From positions 35,588,001-35,652,000 of the forward strand of contig NC_043006.1 in NCBI RefSeq assembly GCF_006345805.1: a stretch of 64,000 nucleotides of DNA, written 5' to 3'. Under the pieces are notes generated by a model. That model had not been told where the DNA came from. It made no database searches and saw only the letters and a program-made list of their open reading frames with translations. This document shows, in pieces, positions 38,936-53,377 of this stretch. The position numbers were made by a program, and so were the translations under genes. Source of the stretch: Octopus sinensis (taxonomy: Eukaryota). Positions within the stretch are counted from its first letter, which is position 1. The number at the start of each line of letters is the position of its first letter.

Positions 38936-40668
38936 ACTAAGCAATAAGTCGTGATCCTATTATTAGAAAAAAGAAAAAAAAAACGTGACTCATAAGCGCT
39001 ATATATATAATCCACTTAAGAGATTAGTGTTTGTGGCAGGAAAAACTAACAAACCAGAAAATAACAATGAAATGGCAAAAATATTTGGTCCAGATTATAT
39101 ATAAACCTTATTTAAAAACATTATGTTGAGAAGAATCGGAACAATATGAACAACATCACAGGAAAAAAATAACAATTACTATAATGATAATATTAAAAAT
39201 AGTAACGCTAACAATGACAACCTAATGCAAATGACAACAGAATATGTGGTCATGTCTGAAAATAACCGGTCTGACGTTGTGCATTTTATTTACGTTTGTA
39301 GTGAAAGTATGGAGATATTTTTGTGAAGGGCGCTGGTGGAGTTATAGAAGTGGTCAACATGATGATGATGAAGGTGTTCCTGGTGGTAGCCGTGGTGATG
39401 GCGATGATGATGGCGGTATAGTGGTGGTGGTGATGATGGTGGTGGCTGTGAAGTCGGGATATTGGTGATTATGATAATGATGGTAGCAAAATGGATGGGT
39501 GAGATCTTCTGCCGGTAACGGCGATGGCTGTGATGATGATAACGGTATTTCTAAAAGTACTGGTGGTAGTGCCTGTGGTAGTGGCAGAGTTGATGGTAAC
39601 TGTGCTGGCGCTTGTTGTGGTGGTAATGGTCGTATTGGTGATCATGCCCTCTGCGCTCTTTATCCAAATTTCACCGAGGTCAACTTTGCCTTTCATTCTT
39701 GTATAGTCGAAATATAGGGCAACGGTCTCCGGCGGTGAATCGGTGAAGCTCTTACAGCACCGAACGATATGCTTTAGAGTATCTGATACGAATATTTGTG
39801 TTGTTACTTCTACTTCTGCCTTGATCACTAAACATAACACGCGCCAATAAAGGCAGATCCTCAAAAACAACACAAACATTAAAGAAATACTGACAAGTGA
39901 GGTCTGACTGAGCGAAATTTACCCATCTTAGACAAATGAAAGCCAAAGTTGACCCTCGGGACAACTGATATTAAGTTATATCCTTTTCGTTTCACTTCTT
40001 GGAACGCCCAGTATATCTTAGTTGCGGTATATTTAATTTATGAAACCTAATAAAACTTAGTAAGGTCCAAAGTTCTTCAAACTAGAAAATTCTTCACCGT
40101 TACTGAACAAGTGATACTAAATTCTAGTTTGTAATTGTTTGCTTTTATGATTTCTTCTTGCAATGTACAAAGAAAGTAATACGCCATTGCTTTCCATGAA
40201 AACCGCTTCATATATTTCTAGAGGTTGTAATGGAATTTGTAGTATTGTAGAAACCAATTACCCTAAGATTCTTTGAAAAACAGACGATAAAAAGCAAAGT
40301 TTATTTCTTTTCTTATGCTTTTATTTTATCGTTTATACATAAACCTGTTTTATTGCAACCGACTTCGGAATGTATTTTATGGAAAGAAAGTTTGTTTCTA
40401 ATTCCTGTATCTTTTACATATCCGTTCTATTTGTAAAGCAGTATTTTACATTGGTTTATTCACTTGTTCGGAATCATATATTTTCTGATTTTCCTTGTAT
40501 TCACAGCTCTTTCACTTTATTCCACTTCCCAGATATTGAAACATTCTTTACAATTTCAGTGGTTACACTCTAATGTAATAGGACATATGTAGAAACAGCT
40601 GGTTGTTATCTTTGCCTCCACTCACACGCACACACGCGCTCGCACACACACACAATTACACACACACA

Positions 40669-40706
<38 letters not shown>

Positions 40707-40719
40707 AACACATACATGC

Positions 40720-40975
40720 ATATATTTCTTCGGATAAGGTTAGCATGATTTTTGCCACACGGATCTATTAGATTTCCTGTTATTCCATATATTTACAATA
40801 TTTGCGCCTTTATTCTATATTAGATATGGTAATGGGATAAGTCATGGTTTACCCGAAACAGCTGTCGGGATAAGAGATTATTAATTGCATCCTTCCTCTT
40901 GTTTATCTGCACTCCCTATAAATATATTCATTAAACATATTGCTACTTATACGCTGCTTTTTTTACTTATATAGA
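40720..40975 (+). mobile_element. Possible Penelope pLTR remnant with a hammerhead 3' half
   Basis: GGGATAA..TTACCC-GAAA-C-AGCT-GTC at 40834-40866; the 5' core is decayed. Confidence 0.4.
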
Positions 40976-40997
40976 CAAAGACATATAGATATGAAGG

Positions 40998-41069
<72 letters not shown>

Positions 41070-41503
41070 CTTCTTCTTTCAATTATTTGAAATATATTTT
41101 AACTGTGTAGTGTTGTCTGTTAAAAGAATTAAAAAGTTTAAGAGAAAGAAAGGTGAATAGACAAAAATTAAAGGTTTCTGCGTAATAGTTTTACAGATAA
41201 ATATCGCTGTCTTACCAACGTTTTCTCTAATATTTTTTAATATTCGTCTTTCAATTCTTCTCAACAACCATATTAAATCGTAAACATTCTATTCATTGCC
41301 ATCCTTAATGTAAGTCATTCACAGGAAAGACTTGCACCTCTGTTCCCCTATATCTAATTTGTCTTCAAAGTATTTCATACGTAAAAACAAATTTTAAGCA
41401 CGTCATTAGAATATTCTTTTTTCTAAGAAATAAAATATTTGTAAGGAATAATATCTCAAACAAGCCGAGGAATTCAGAAGCCTGTAGCTGTTCCGAAGAT
41501 GTG

Positions 41504-41617
<114 letters not shown>

Positions 41618-41899
41618 ATGTATGTATGTATGTATGTATGTATGATGTATGTATGTAAGAGAGAAAGAAGCAATGGCTAAAATCTAGACAAAGTAGTTTA
41701 GTGTTGTTAAGAAACAGGTAAATTCCAATGGAGTGGAATAACAGAGGCCCAACAGGGAACATGAGGATATTTAGTTTCCTTTCTGATTGTCGCCACGTTT
41801 AATTCGGGGTGTATGTAGCTTTAGCTTTTTCGTTCGATGTTGCTAGGATCAAGGTTCCATAATCGAGATGGTTGGACACTTGCTTGGAATAGTGCTTAG

Positions 41900-43050
41900 C
41901 TAAGCTTCATGTTTTGCCATTGTGTTTGCAGTTATCACAAAGGACATCATCCTTTCTACACAATATTTAGTGGAATTAGAAATATGAAAATTAATGAATT
42001 ATAAGGGAAAAGTACAGAAACGATATACGTGTATTTCGTTTACTTATGAAAAAGATCTTCAAATTTTAGTTTTCTGATAATCCTACACAGAACGATTCCA
42101 TTCCTTTTAGAAATCGTCTTTGTTTGCATTTATACTTAGGTTTACTGTTTAATACGCATTCCTATTATATCTTTATCCTTTTATTTCACTCCGTGTTTGT
42201 AGACGTTAAAAACATAATTTTAATATATAATGATTCATATCTGACTGTTTTCGTTATTTAATTTCGTTTATGGAGCACCAGCTGAAAATGTGTTGCACCA
42301 TTAAATTTCTTTCATCGAAATGAGCATTGCCTTTGATTTTTTTTTTCAGATTGATTGTATTATATAGGTTTATTACATTAGTCTCGCTGTTACATGCCAC
42401 ACGTGTTTTAGCAAGTTGGTGTGATTTTTCTTTATGCTCATAGTAATTGAATTGGGTTATCACTAAATTACCATTTGTACGATGTCTTTTTCATTGTACT
42501 TGATTCCGTCTTTGTAGTGATTACTGCATAAGTTTATGTAGCAAAAGTGTATTTATTCCTTTTATTTAAACGGTGTTTAGTAATCACCTGTCTTAATGTA
42601 AGTTTGTTCTTTTAATTTCAATTATCGTAATGATTTTTTGTGTGTTATATCAGAATCTATATGTCTAAGTTTTCATTTCATTGTTTGTATGGAAGGATGT
42701 ATTCCTCACTCTGTTTCATGATAAGGATGTTCATGTGATGTTTTTTCTTTATATCTTATAATTCTCATAATTCCGGGGATGTTTAAATACTTTTTGGTGC
42801 TGCCGACGCTGTTGCGTTGAGAGGTACTTCCAGGTAATGAAACTACAATGATCTCCAATAGTACAGCAGATGATGGGATTGCCTATGTCCGTTTCGATAT
42901 AAATTGTTATTGTGATACTTATGTACTTTCTCCCTTCTTGGTTCGTTCTTGAGTGTTTTCATCATATCTGATTATTTCATCAGGTCCTATTGTTTTTAGA
43001 CTTCTCTTATTCTCAGAAATTGAGTAGGATCCGCCTTTGCAGCTTCCTTT
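41900..43050 (-). mobile_element. Heavily decayed Penelope-like RT
   Basis: Minus-strand peptides in the expected order: KVHK, NPII, NVINLYNTI (motif-A-like), EWNRSV*D (WxRYVDD-like). Weak. Confidence 0.35.
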
Positions 43051-43173
43051 GGTTAATCATTGTATGTCTACTATTTTTAGGTTCTTATATTTCGTTGGCC
43101 AGAGGTGGTACTTTTTATTACTAATTTGTTTATTAGGTACAGTACATAAGAATTTTAGCGGTTTTTACAATTA

Positions 43174-43224
43174 CAGCAATCCTTCGACTATCGTGCGTGT
43201 TACGTTCCAAAACAGTATTTGCTG
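43174..43224. mobile_element. 51-bp internally deleted derivative of the 18010 MITE
   Basis: TA|CAGCAATCCTTCGACTATCG..GTTACGTTCCAAAA..TTGCTG|TA; the left part matches 18010-18050. Confidence 0.65.
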
Positions 43225-43612
43225 TATATTTTTCTATATTATTCTTATAGTTTGTATTGCTTGTGACACAAACACACACATACACTCTCCACCTCCCTCT
43301 CTCCCTCTATCACTCACACGTACATACACACACACACATATATGAATATTTAGGCATACCAGTAGAAAGGTTTGTGCGTGTGTATGCATGCGTGTGCGAG
43401 CGTTCATGTCATATAAGTGCATCGAATTTAGAGTAATCAGTTAAAGAGTGTGATTAAGATGTAGGGAGTCGTTTTACAGTCACACTCCTTGACATGAGAC
43501 ATCACCACACAAACAAACGCACCAGCGCACTCTACCTACAAACACATCTGATGGCATAAAATACAGAGTTATACACGTAAATGCATAAATGTCGTACACA
43601 CATACATGTATT

Positions 43613-43701
<89 letters not shown>

Positions 43702-45659
43702 ATATATTTATATGTGTGTGTGTGTATGTGTGCGTGTATTCTTTCGTTCTTTTATTGTTTTATTTGTTTTAATCAATTGACTGCGGCCATGTTGGATATG
43801 TATATATCTATATCTATCTATATATATATATATATATATATAATATAATATTATATATATGTATACATATACATAAATATATAACTATATATACATATAT
43901 ATATATATGTGTAGATATATATATATAAATATATTTGTATGTATATACACACACACACATACAAACATGATATATATATATGTGCTAATTTTCTACTGCT
44001 CAGTAGTGGTGGTGGTGGTGGTGGTGGTGGCGGTAGTAGTAGTAGTAGTAGTAGTAGTAGTATAGTAGTAGTAGTAGTACCACCACCACCAGCAATAGCA
44101 GCAGTAACAGCAACAGCAGGAGTAGTAGTATTTATAATGATTTAGAAATTGTTTTTATGAATGATTTTCAATGTTCTTGGAATACGATGCAATCATTCTA
44201 TTCTCTTAGATGACTCTCAACGAACCTTAATGTAACACGACTCCAAGCATCATATAACCAATTTCTTTTGTTGCCTCAATCCAATTTAAGGATTCGATTA
44301 TTAATATTGTTGATGTTGTTTTAGTTGATATCGTTGTTGCTGTTAATGAGTTCAAATGCCAACGAGGTCATAGTTGCCTCCAGTCCTATCAGGGCCACTG
44401 AAAAATCAATTACCAGCTGCGTACTTATAACTTCCCTTCAAAACCTCCCGCCCTGGGCCTAAATTAGGTAACGTTGTTGTTCTTTTCGTTTTGCATTAGT
44501 TTTGCTGAGTTCCTTCCTCACACAACCGAGTACAACTGATTGTGACTCGGTTGTCTTTTAGCTTTTAGCTTTTATGTGTTTCAGTCATTAGAATGAGGTG
44601 TCTTGGCCATGTTGACGAGGCCTTCGACTTTCAACCCATGGCTGCATGTTTAACAATATTGCAGCGGTTTCGTCATGTATCTGGAAAATAACGTGGTACC
44701 TGATCGTTCATGTTAGTTCAAACACTTGTGAAGAAATGAGGCACAACACGAGGGACGCTTATCTGCAGTAGGCAGTTCTATTTCATGACATAGAAGAGAT
44801 ATTGCCCTTCATCTGGGTTATGCTGCGAACGATTTAGTTGAGTACAAGACTAATTATCCCTCGTTCTGTTGATATCCTCAAATCAAATTCTTCCCAAACG
44901 TTTAACGAAGGATACTAAAAGCATAGACACGCGCACGCTCACATACACACATACACACACTTTCCCTCACACATACACACACACAAACAAAGAGAAGTTG
45001 GGTTTTGTTTTATCGGCTTCACAAAAATATGGACAGGATATACACGAATTAAGATAAAATTATGGGAGATTTTGAGTGGGATTTTTCTCCTGGAAGCAAT
45101 GAAGATCGTAAGCCTTTCTTGAGAATTTAATAAAAGCACCGACAAACTATTAAGATTGCTAATTTTTTTCATTCCCATTGATTTATCAAATCGATTCATT
45201 TCAAATGTCTCTATTGATTATCATAGCAAGAATTTTCTTTTGCGCCAGAGAGCATTCATATTAAATAATCACTGAAAATTCTCCGATTTAATTCAGTCCA
45301 CCATTCTGATTATTCAAACTCTTAATATATTATTCAGTTGCCATCCAATTTTAATTCCTTTTAACAAATGTCTTTACCTCTGTTCTTCTTCTTCGTTCAT
45401 GATGCTGTTTTTGACAATGTTGCTATCGGCAGTCTTCCTACTGTTATATATTTAAATTCATTTCTCTCCATACCCACTGGGACACATTATTAACAGCGGG
45501 CAATGCAGTGACTTTTATTTTACTATCTTCGTTTTATTATCTTATCATGTGACCAATTTAATATCTTCAAATATGGCTGTCTTCCTTCACATAATTCTTC
45601 ATCGTCATTTTCAGTTGGATTTCTTTTTTGTTTGTTTTCCTTACGTTTTTCTCTTCGTC

Positions 45660-46145
45660 AATCATCACCATCCTGTTCATAATCATCAGCAGCTTTATCA
45701 TCACCTTCATCATTACCGTCATCACCATCATTACCATCATCATCATCTCCATCATCATCATCATCATCGCCGTCGTCATCACCGCTGTCATCGCCTTCCT
45801 CGTCGTCCTATTGTCGTCGTCGTCATCGTTGTCGTCGTTTTCATTTTCATCATTGTGTTCACTATCAGCAAAAGCGATTTTATCGATGCACTCACCTCAC
45901 TATTAAGAGTAAAAAACACCACCCCTACTTCCATAATTCATCATCATCAGCAGCAGCAGCAGCATCAGCATCAGCTGCTGCTGCACCATCATCATTCTCA
46001 GTATCATTGTCATCATCGTCATCACCACAACCACCACCATCATCATCATCATCATCATCGTCATCATCGCGGTCGCCGTCATCACCACCATTATCGTCAT
46101 CATCGCCGTCGTAATCCCCATGATGATGATCATCATCATTATCAA
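45660..46145. repeat. Degenerate (CAT)/(CGT)/(CAG) trinucleotide tract
   Basis: Seen directly. Confidence 0.9.
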
Positions 46146-46349
46146 TATTGAATCACGTCACGTGTCTACTTTGTGAAGGGGCCAGGTATATCGATTTGCT
46201 GCTTAGACGTTTCATCGGTAGTGGTGATGGTGGGCGGAGGGCGGTACATAGAAAGAATGCAAAGTCATGTTTTAAATATATTTCGAAAAAACATGAGTTT
46301 CCACGTGAATTAGAAAAAATCGGAGGCAGAGAAGCATAAGGGATTTCGG

Positions 46350-46610
46350 AAGAAATCTTTATTAACCACACATGGCGGAACATAGAAGGGACAAAATACA
46401 ATATAGAGCTTTTCTTTTCGAAAGAAAAGGGAAGAAAATAGAAAAGGAAAAGGAAGAAAAAATTCTTATGAAAAGGGATCATGTATCACAGAACAGAGCA
46501 AAAAATGTAAAACAACAGACTAGGTTTATCCGTGGAAAGAAAAGCCTACAAAAGAGACCACAGTAACCTCAAGCTGGGAGGGGGAAAAACATGAGAGCAA
46601 AGTGCTCTCT

Positions 46611-46641
<31 letters not shown>

Positions 46642-47424
46642 TGGATTTACAAGATCATGCTCAAAGAAGTTTCGTCATTCGCGTGTACTATCGTTGCTAC
46701 ATTCGCCCACCTATTATTGAATCTTTCACGAGACAAAACCTGCCTCTCTATTCTCACATTTCTTTTCTAGTGGTACCTGAAGAAGTGGATGAGCGATTGG
46801 CCAGAGAGTAAAGTGTTTGCCTCTAAACATTTCGCTCGAGTACACCACACACATTCTTTCACCATGGTCACCAGTACGATGAAAACTGCCTTGCCTTCCC
46901 GGTTAAGGGGAGGTGGCGAAACAATTTCCACGATAGACTCGGCCGGCAACCGAATTCGTCCTACGCGTGACAGTAGCCCACAGGTCCGAAATGGTTGGAC
47001 ACTGCACGAGTGCATGCAGAACGGTTTCGTCCCTCTGACTGCATCTCGGGCAAGTCAGTCCGGTGTGTCTCTAAACGTGCCTGTAGAACTTATCCCGTAT
47101 AGGCAATGCTTCCCAATAGCAAGGGATCCCTGGTGATTGTCCATAGATCCCGGTCTGAACGTTGTCCTGAACAGGCGGGTCAGGTGTTCCTCGTCGACGC
47201 CCAGATTATGCACGAGAACGTCGTCGCACCTTTCCCTCCACTAATCTCTTTTAGAACGGATTCGTGGAATTGAAGTTGCACAAGTTTGGTCCCGCACAGC
47301 AGAGTTGCTTGAGAGCAAGGCGCACTCCCGGTGCCATTCGCCTAGCCTTGGTCTCTGTTTGATCCACGAATGCAGTTCGGCCAAAGAGACCAGCTTCGGG
47401 AAAGCGCGCCTCACAAACGGCGAA
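46350..47424 (-). mobile_element. 5'-truncated L1/Tx1-clade LINE: ORF2 C-terminus (zf-RVT-like CCHC) and 3' UTR
   Basis: Minus strand ALPIRDKFYRH..CPRCSQRDETVLHALVQCPTISDLW, then KECVWCTR..RIERQVLSRERFNNRW to a stop at ~46647, with stops and frameshifts. AATAAA at ~46358-46363. The 5' end abuts (TATC)n. Confidence 0.85.
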
Positions 47425-47436
47425 TATAGATAGATG

Positions 47437-47486
<50 letters not shown>

Positions 47487-47529
47487 CAGACAGATAGATA
47501 GATAGAGATAGATAGATAGATAGATAGAT

Positions 47530-47574
<45 letters not shown>

Positions 47575-48139
47575 TAGATAGTAAGATAGATAGATAAGCA
47601 GACAGACAGACAAACCGATAGATAGATAGATAGATAGATAGTCATAGAAACATATTCAGGTAAATACCTACGTATATACATGCATACATACATACATACA
47701 TACATACATACATACATACATACATACATACATACATACATACATACATGCATACATACAGACATGCATATTAACATGCTCGTGCCAATACAAGCATATA
47801 CGAAATCTTCTTACCACAAACACCCAGGCTCTCACAAACTCTCCTTCACTCTCACAAAGAAAACCAAACACATCTGTCATTGTCGAATAGCTTCTCCTTC
47901 CCGTGTCGGCTGCATTCGCTTTTCTATTTTGCACTTCTCAATCGAATTGACGTTTCCGTTTTCTGATATTGTTCTTAGCTGTTGGACATCTTCACTGTTC
48001 TCACTGTATTGGCATGGGACAATGTGTTGAAAAGCAAATTTCTGCAGCGTTACTTTATCTTCGCCCTTGGCAACAATGGCGACGTTGCTTGCATGCGCCT
48101 TGCTTCTTGCAGTGTTTCTCTATTGTCATGTTTTGAAGA

Positions 48140-48613
48140 TAATGATGTTGTTGTTGTTGGGGAGGATGATGCTGTCTATGTTATTTAAAGTGGTGGCTAT
48201 GATGTTAATATTGTTGTTGAATATGATGATGATGATGGTTGTGTTGGTGGTGATGAGGACGAAGGGAAAGTTAGGGGTAGAGCTGTTGGTGATGGTAGTT
48301 GTGGTGGCGGTGATGGTTGTGATGCTGAAAGTGGTGGTGGTAGTGTTGGTGGTGGTGGTGGTGGTGGTGGTGGTGGTGGTCGTCGTCGTCGTCGTCGCCG
48401 TCGCGATCGCGGTCGTGGTCGTGGTGGTGATAGTGGTGATAATGATGTTTGCTGATTCCATTTGTATAAATGAGGATAACGGTGATAATAGTCGTGAAGA
48501 CGACGTCGACGACAACGGCAATAGCGATGACGACAACGATGAGGATAATGATTGTGGGCAATGGTAGTGGTGGGGTGGAGTTGGAGTGGCAGCAGGGGTG
48601 GTAGTGATGGTAC

Positions 48614-48657
<44 letters not shown>

Positions 48658-48670
48658 GTGATGCTGATGG

Positions 48671-48703
<33 letters not shown>

Positions 48704-48705
48704 CG

Positions 48706-48764
<59 letters not shown>

Positions 48765-48820
48765 GGTGGTGGTGGTGGTGGTGATGATGGTGACAGTACT
48801 GGCGGCGGCGACGGTGACGG
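48140..48820. repeat. (GTG)/(GAT) trinucleotide tracts
   Basis: Seen directly. Confidence 0.95.
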
Positions 48821-49078
48821 AGATTGAATGGAATTGATTCAGCCATGGCTATCCACTGATCTCAGTTATTGTTAAATTAAATATAAACGAGAGCGAAATT
48901 AATAATTAGAGAAAGGTGACTAATTGCTACGGGGTGGCGAGGGTTGGGGGTGGGGTGGTCATTAATCCAATGTCGTAATCGCATTTTCTACCAACGACGC
49001 CGAAGAAGCTTCGCAGCGGATACAACAAAATGTAGTGGAGAATAATAACAATTACTAACCCGAACAGTTTTTCGAGAT

Positions 49079-49340
49079 TGGTGGATGGATAAGGTTTCGA
49101 GGTGCAATGGTTAGGTGGTTGCATACACACGATCGAGGGTTTGTGGTATCGATTCCCGAACTGGGAGGCGCCTTGTATCTTTGAGTAAAATACTCCTTTC
49201 CAGGTTGCTCCAGTGTGCTCAGCTATAAATGAGTAAACATGTGGTGGACTGGTGTACCGTTCAGTAGGATTGCTGCGATTTCGGTCAGTTATATGCCATG
49301 GAAACTTGGTAATAGGCCCTGACGAATTATAGGACTCAAA
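49079..49340 (+). mobile_element. SINE family E (tRNA head, V-like domain, tail shared with family D)
   Basis: GCAATGGTTAG..TCGATTCC..TTGCTCCAGTGTGCTCAGCT..ATGAGTA..GCCATGGAAAC..GGCCC. Confidence 0.65.
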
Positions 49341-49415
49341 ACAGTAATGCTCAGCAGTTGTCGTTGACTCTAACGATGATACATTGCTTATACAGGTCCT
49401 ATTACATGACCGGAT

Positions 49416-49722
49416 GTGGAGGCGCATGGCCTAATGGTTAGAGCAGCGGACTCGCGGTCCAGGGATCGCGAGTTCGAATATCAGACCGAGCGATGTGTGT
49501 GTTTATGAGAGTAACATCTAAGCACCACGCGGCTCCAGCAGAAGTTAATGGCGAACTTCTGATGACTCTTTCGCCACAACATCCTCTCTCACTTTCCGCC
49601 AGCATCTTGCAGCTCACCTGCGACGGACCGGTGTCCCGCCCAGGTGGGGACCCTATACGTCAAGGAAACCAGAAAACCGGCCCTTATGAGCCAGGCGTGG
49701 CTCGATAAGGAACAAACAAACA
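49416..49722 (+). mobile_element. SINE family D, full length (tRNA-Arg-like head; may correspond to octopus OR SINEs)
   Basis: A box TGGCCTAATGG, TCG at the anticodon position, B box GTTCGAAT, (AAAC)n tail. Confidence 0.85.
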
Positions 49723-50239
49723 TGGCAGGATGGATTTTGTATTATCGTTCCCCTACCAGTAAACGGAAACGTTAGCTCAAGACAATCACTTGGTTCCTGT
49801 TTCATTTTAAGTTTTGGTACTACATCAAAATCCTCCGTGACCGCGGTTTTTAGTCTGGACGTAACGTATCTCCTCTCTGAAAAAAAACTATCAACGCCGC
49901 CTCTCGTACTCCGATTCAGCTATTCAAATACAATAGATATAACTTTAACCTGCTTTTATATTGCTACTACAGTTGAATACCGTTCACCCATTCAGCGATG
50001 CGCGTGTTCGAGAGTACTGCAGCGGATGAAGATTGAACGCAATAGATTTAATATCTAAATTCGTGCCAAAATTTTAAACAATTATTTAATCAACTCTCAC
50101 TTCCCCCTCCTGCAAGGAAACTGGAAATTACAGACAATCTCAACGAATTGCGGAACTTAAAAGGACGTAATTAATAAATGAACCCTGTATTTGGTTCTAA
50201 TGTTCCAACGCTTCTGAAATCCATTATTTTTAAGAATTC

Positions 50240-51060
50240 AAGAATAATTCCTAACTTTGACACAAAGCTAAAGAATTTCTAAGGGGGATATGATCAATTA
50301 TATATCGACCCGATTATTTCACTGTCTTCTGTTACATCGACTCTGGAAACGAGAAAAAAAAGATGGAGTTAACATCACAGGGACGTCATTTCAGAAACTA
50401 AAAACAAAATTGTAAATCGATGAAACAAAACCTTTGATCCTAGACACGAAGCGGACTTTGCATTGCATTGTTTTAGCATTTAGGAAATAATGGTTTCAAC
50501 TTTTAGCTCAAAGCCAGCAATTTTTAGGGAGGTCGTGAGATCAATTACATCGATCTGTGTGTTCAACTGGTGCCTCTTTTATCGAACCCGAAAGATTAAA
50601 AGTCGACCTGGTTAGAATTTAAAAGCAGAAAACAAACCAAACGGAAGAAATACCGCTTAGCATATTCGCCAGAATCTGCCAGCTAGTCACCTTAATAGTT
50701 CTTTCTAAATTTGGTAGAAGACCATTTGAGTGAGAGGAAATTAATTACATCGACCCCAGTGTTCCACGGGCACTTATTTTAGTGACTCCGAAAGGATGAA
50801 AGACATAGTCCACCACGGCGAAATTTGAACCCAAAACGTAAAGAGCCGGAAGAAATATTGCTAAACAATTTGTCCGAATCGCGAACGAATCAACAAAGTT
50901 GGCAAGTTAGCAGTTAATGGCTTCTCACAAATATTTAGGGGAAATTGGGGGGAAAGAAACGATTAAGTCGATCCCTGAGTTTGACTGGTGATTGTTTCAT
51001 CCAAATTAATACAAACGTTACGCGGATTCGAACTGCAAAAGCGCAATAACTTACTGTGAG
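50240..51060 (-). mobile_element. Cluster of 3-4 same-orientation decayed family B SINEs
   Basis: AATTACATCGA..ACTGG..GAAAG recurs at ~50295, ~50540, ~50740 and ~50965. Confidence 0.65.
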
Positions 51061-51687
51061 TCATATGATCTCGTGCTCCACTAATTCTGTCATTTGTTAC
51101 TTTTAAAGAAATCAATAATAACGAAAAACCTTCGATAGAGAATATTGTGATGTATGCGATATTGCTTCGTATTTGAGTTTCTTATTACTGTCGTCAATTT
51201 ACTATATTAAACTTGTTAGTGTTGACTTTAAATTTATGTCTTTTAATGCTGAAAGTCTTGTTTTTCAAGTTGCCCATTGTTGTTCGTGTCCATGTTGTTA
51301 TTGTTGCTGGTCTTTTCTTTCTCGATGTAATATATCATAAATATCTCTTGATTTCCTAAGAGACGTAGCCTTTCGTTCAAAGACCACTGCGAAGATGATA
51401 TACGCATTTAAAGTGAACTGTGTGTATGCTTATGTATAAATATATGTGTGTTTGTGTGCGTGGTGCGCGTTGTGTTTGTGTATGTGTGTGCGTGTGTTAT
51501 ATGTATGTACATAGGTAAGTAGACAGATATGTGTCTGTGTGTGAGTGTGTGTGTGTGTGTGTATGTTTGCATGTGCTTTGTGTTTGTGAGCGGATGTATA
51601 TGTGTTTATGTGTATATATACATGTATATATATAAATATATTTATACATATATATGTATATGTATATATATATGTATGTATATATAT

Positions 51688-51856
51688 TTATGTTCGTATA
51701 TAAGTTTTTCATACATACACAAGTGTATGTGTGTGTGGTGTAGGTGTGCGGGAGGGTAATAAATCTCTTCTTACAACTTCTTAAAATTAGGTTATATGGC
51801 TAATATATATATCAATGTATGAATGTACGTACAAAGAGACAATGTATCCACATACA

Positions 51857-51889
<33 letters not shown>

Positions 51890-51953
51890 TCTTTCAGTCT
51901 CTCTCTGTGTCTCTCCCTCTCTCTCACACTTTCTCTCTCTCACTCTCTCTTGG

Positions 51954-51986
<33 letters not shown>

Positions 51987-53209
51987 ATATATATATATAT
52001 ATATTATATATATATATATGTATATATATAGTTATATATCTATGTATATATATATACATATATATACATACACAGTTAAATGTATATGTATATATATAAA
52101 CTGTGTGAGTATGTGCGTGTCTACCCCCTATGCGCGTAAACATAAGATGAATCGTAGATAGTGTACATATTTATACATAGAACAATTAATTGTTTGTGTG
52201 ACTACATAACGTTTAATGGCATCTAAGAAGTGCCGCGTTCCGTGTAAAAGTCTACTTTAAGTGGCAAAACAATGAGAAGGAAATTAATTTCTACTTCACA
52301 TCAAAGAAACAATCACCAGACTGCGATAAAATTCCAAGAATGGTAAATGGTTTGAAGCTGTGCCTGTGGTTGGTTCTGCTGGTGGAGTAGAATAAATTTC
52401 TGTTAACGGTGGAAACATTGTCGGTGATGTGTTTGTGGGTTTTTAGTTAGGTTTTCATGTCGGCCATTACGTTTTGTCGTACATCAATATTTTTTGTCAA
52501 ACATGTTGGTATTTTGTAAGAGAAAATGTTTTGTTATTGTTGTTGGTAATGGTGGTGGAAGTAGTGGTGTTGGTGTTGGTGATAGTTGTGGTGGTGGTGC
52601 TGCTGCTAGTGGTGGTATTGGTAATGGTGATGCTTGTGGTAGTGATTAGTGTTGCTATGGTTCTAAGTGTATTACAGTGGTTATGATAGTAGAAAATAGA
52701 TGCGACGGTAGTAGAGGTGTTTGTTGTGGTGTTGGCAGAAATGACGTTGGTCATTTATGGTAGTTATTCTGTTACTTTTGCTGTTGTTGTTATTTCGCTT
52801 CACTAAACAAACATACGGTAAATAAAATAAAATAAAATAAAACATATCGTAGGAGCGGCTGTGTGGTAAGTAGCTTGCTTCCCAATTACATAGTTCCGGG
52901 TTCAATCCCACTGCGTGGCACCTTGGGCAAGTGTCTTCTACTATAGCCTCGGGCCGTCCAAAGCCTTGTGAGTGGATTTGGTAGACGGAAACTGTAAGAA
53001 GCCTGTCGTATATTTGTATATATATATGTATGTATATATATTATGTTCGTATATAAGTTTTTCATACATACACAAGTGTATGTGTGTGTGGTGTAGGTGT
53101 GCGGGAGGGTAATAAATCTCTTCTTACAACTTCTTAAAATTAGGTTATATGGCTAATATATATATCAATGTATGAATGTACGTACAAAGAGACAATGTAT
53201 CCACATACA

Positions 53210-53242
<33 letters not shown>

Positions 53243-53331
53243 TCTTTCAGTCTCTCTCTGTGTCTCTCCCTCTCTCTCACACTTTCTCTCTCTCACTCTC
53301 TCTTGGTATATATATATATATAATATATATA

Positions 53332-53377
<46 letters not shown>

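Noticed and set aside
45549-46151. 200-aa His-rich ORF
   Set aside because: GTG start, and several frames on both strands are open, as expected for a (CAT)n-type repeat.
46767-47424. Host gene exon
   Set aside because: Stops, frameshifts and the CCHC zf-RVT-like motif identify it as a LINE ORF2 remnant.
49416-49490. tRNA-Arg gene
   Set aside because: A and B boxes are present but there is no acceptor stem, and it runs into a SINE body shared with 27151. All tRNA-like heads here are SINEs.
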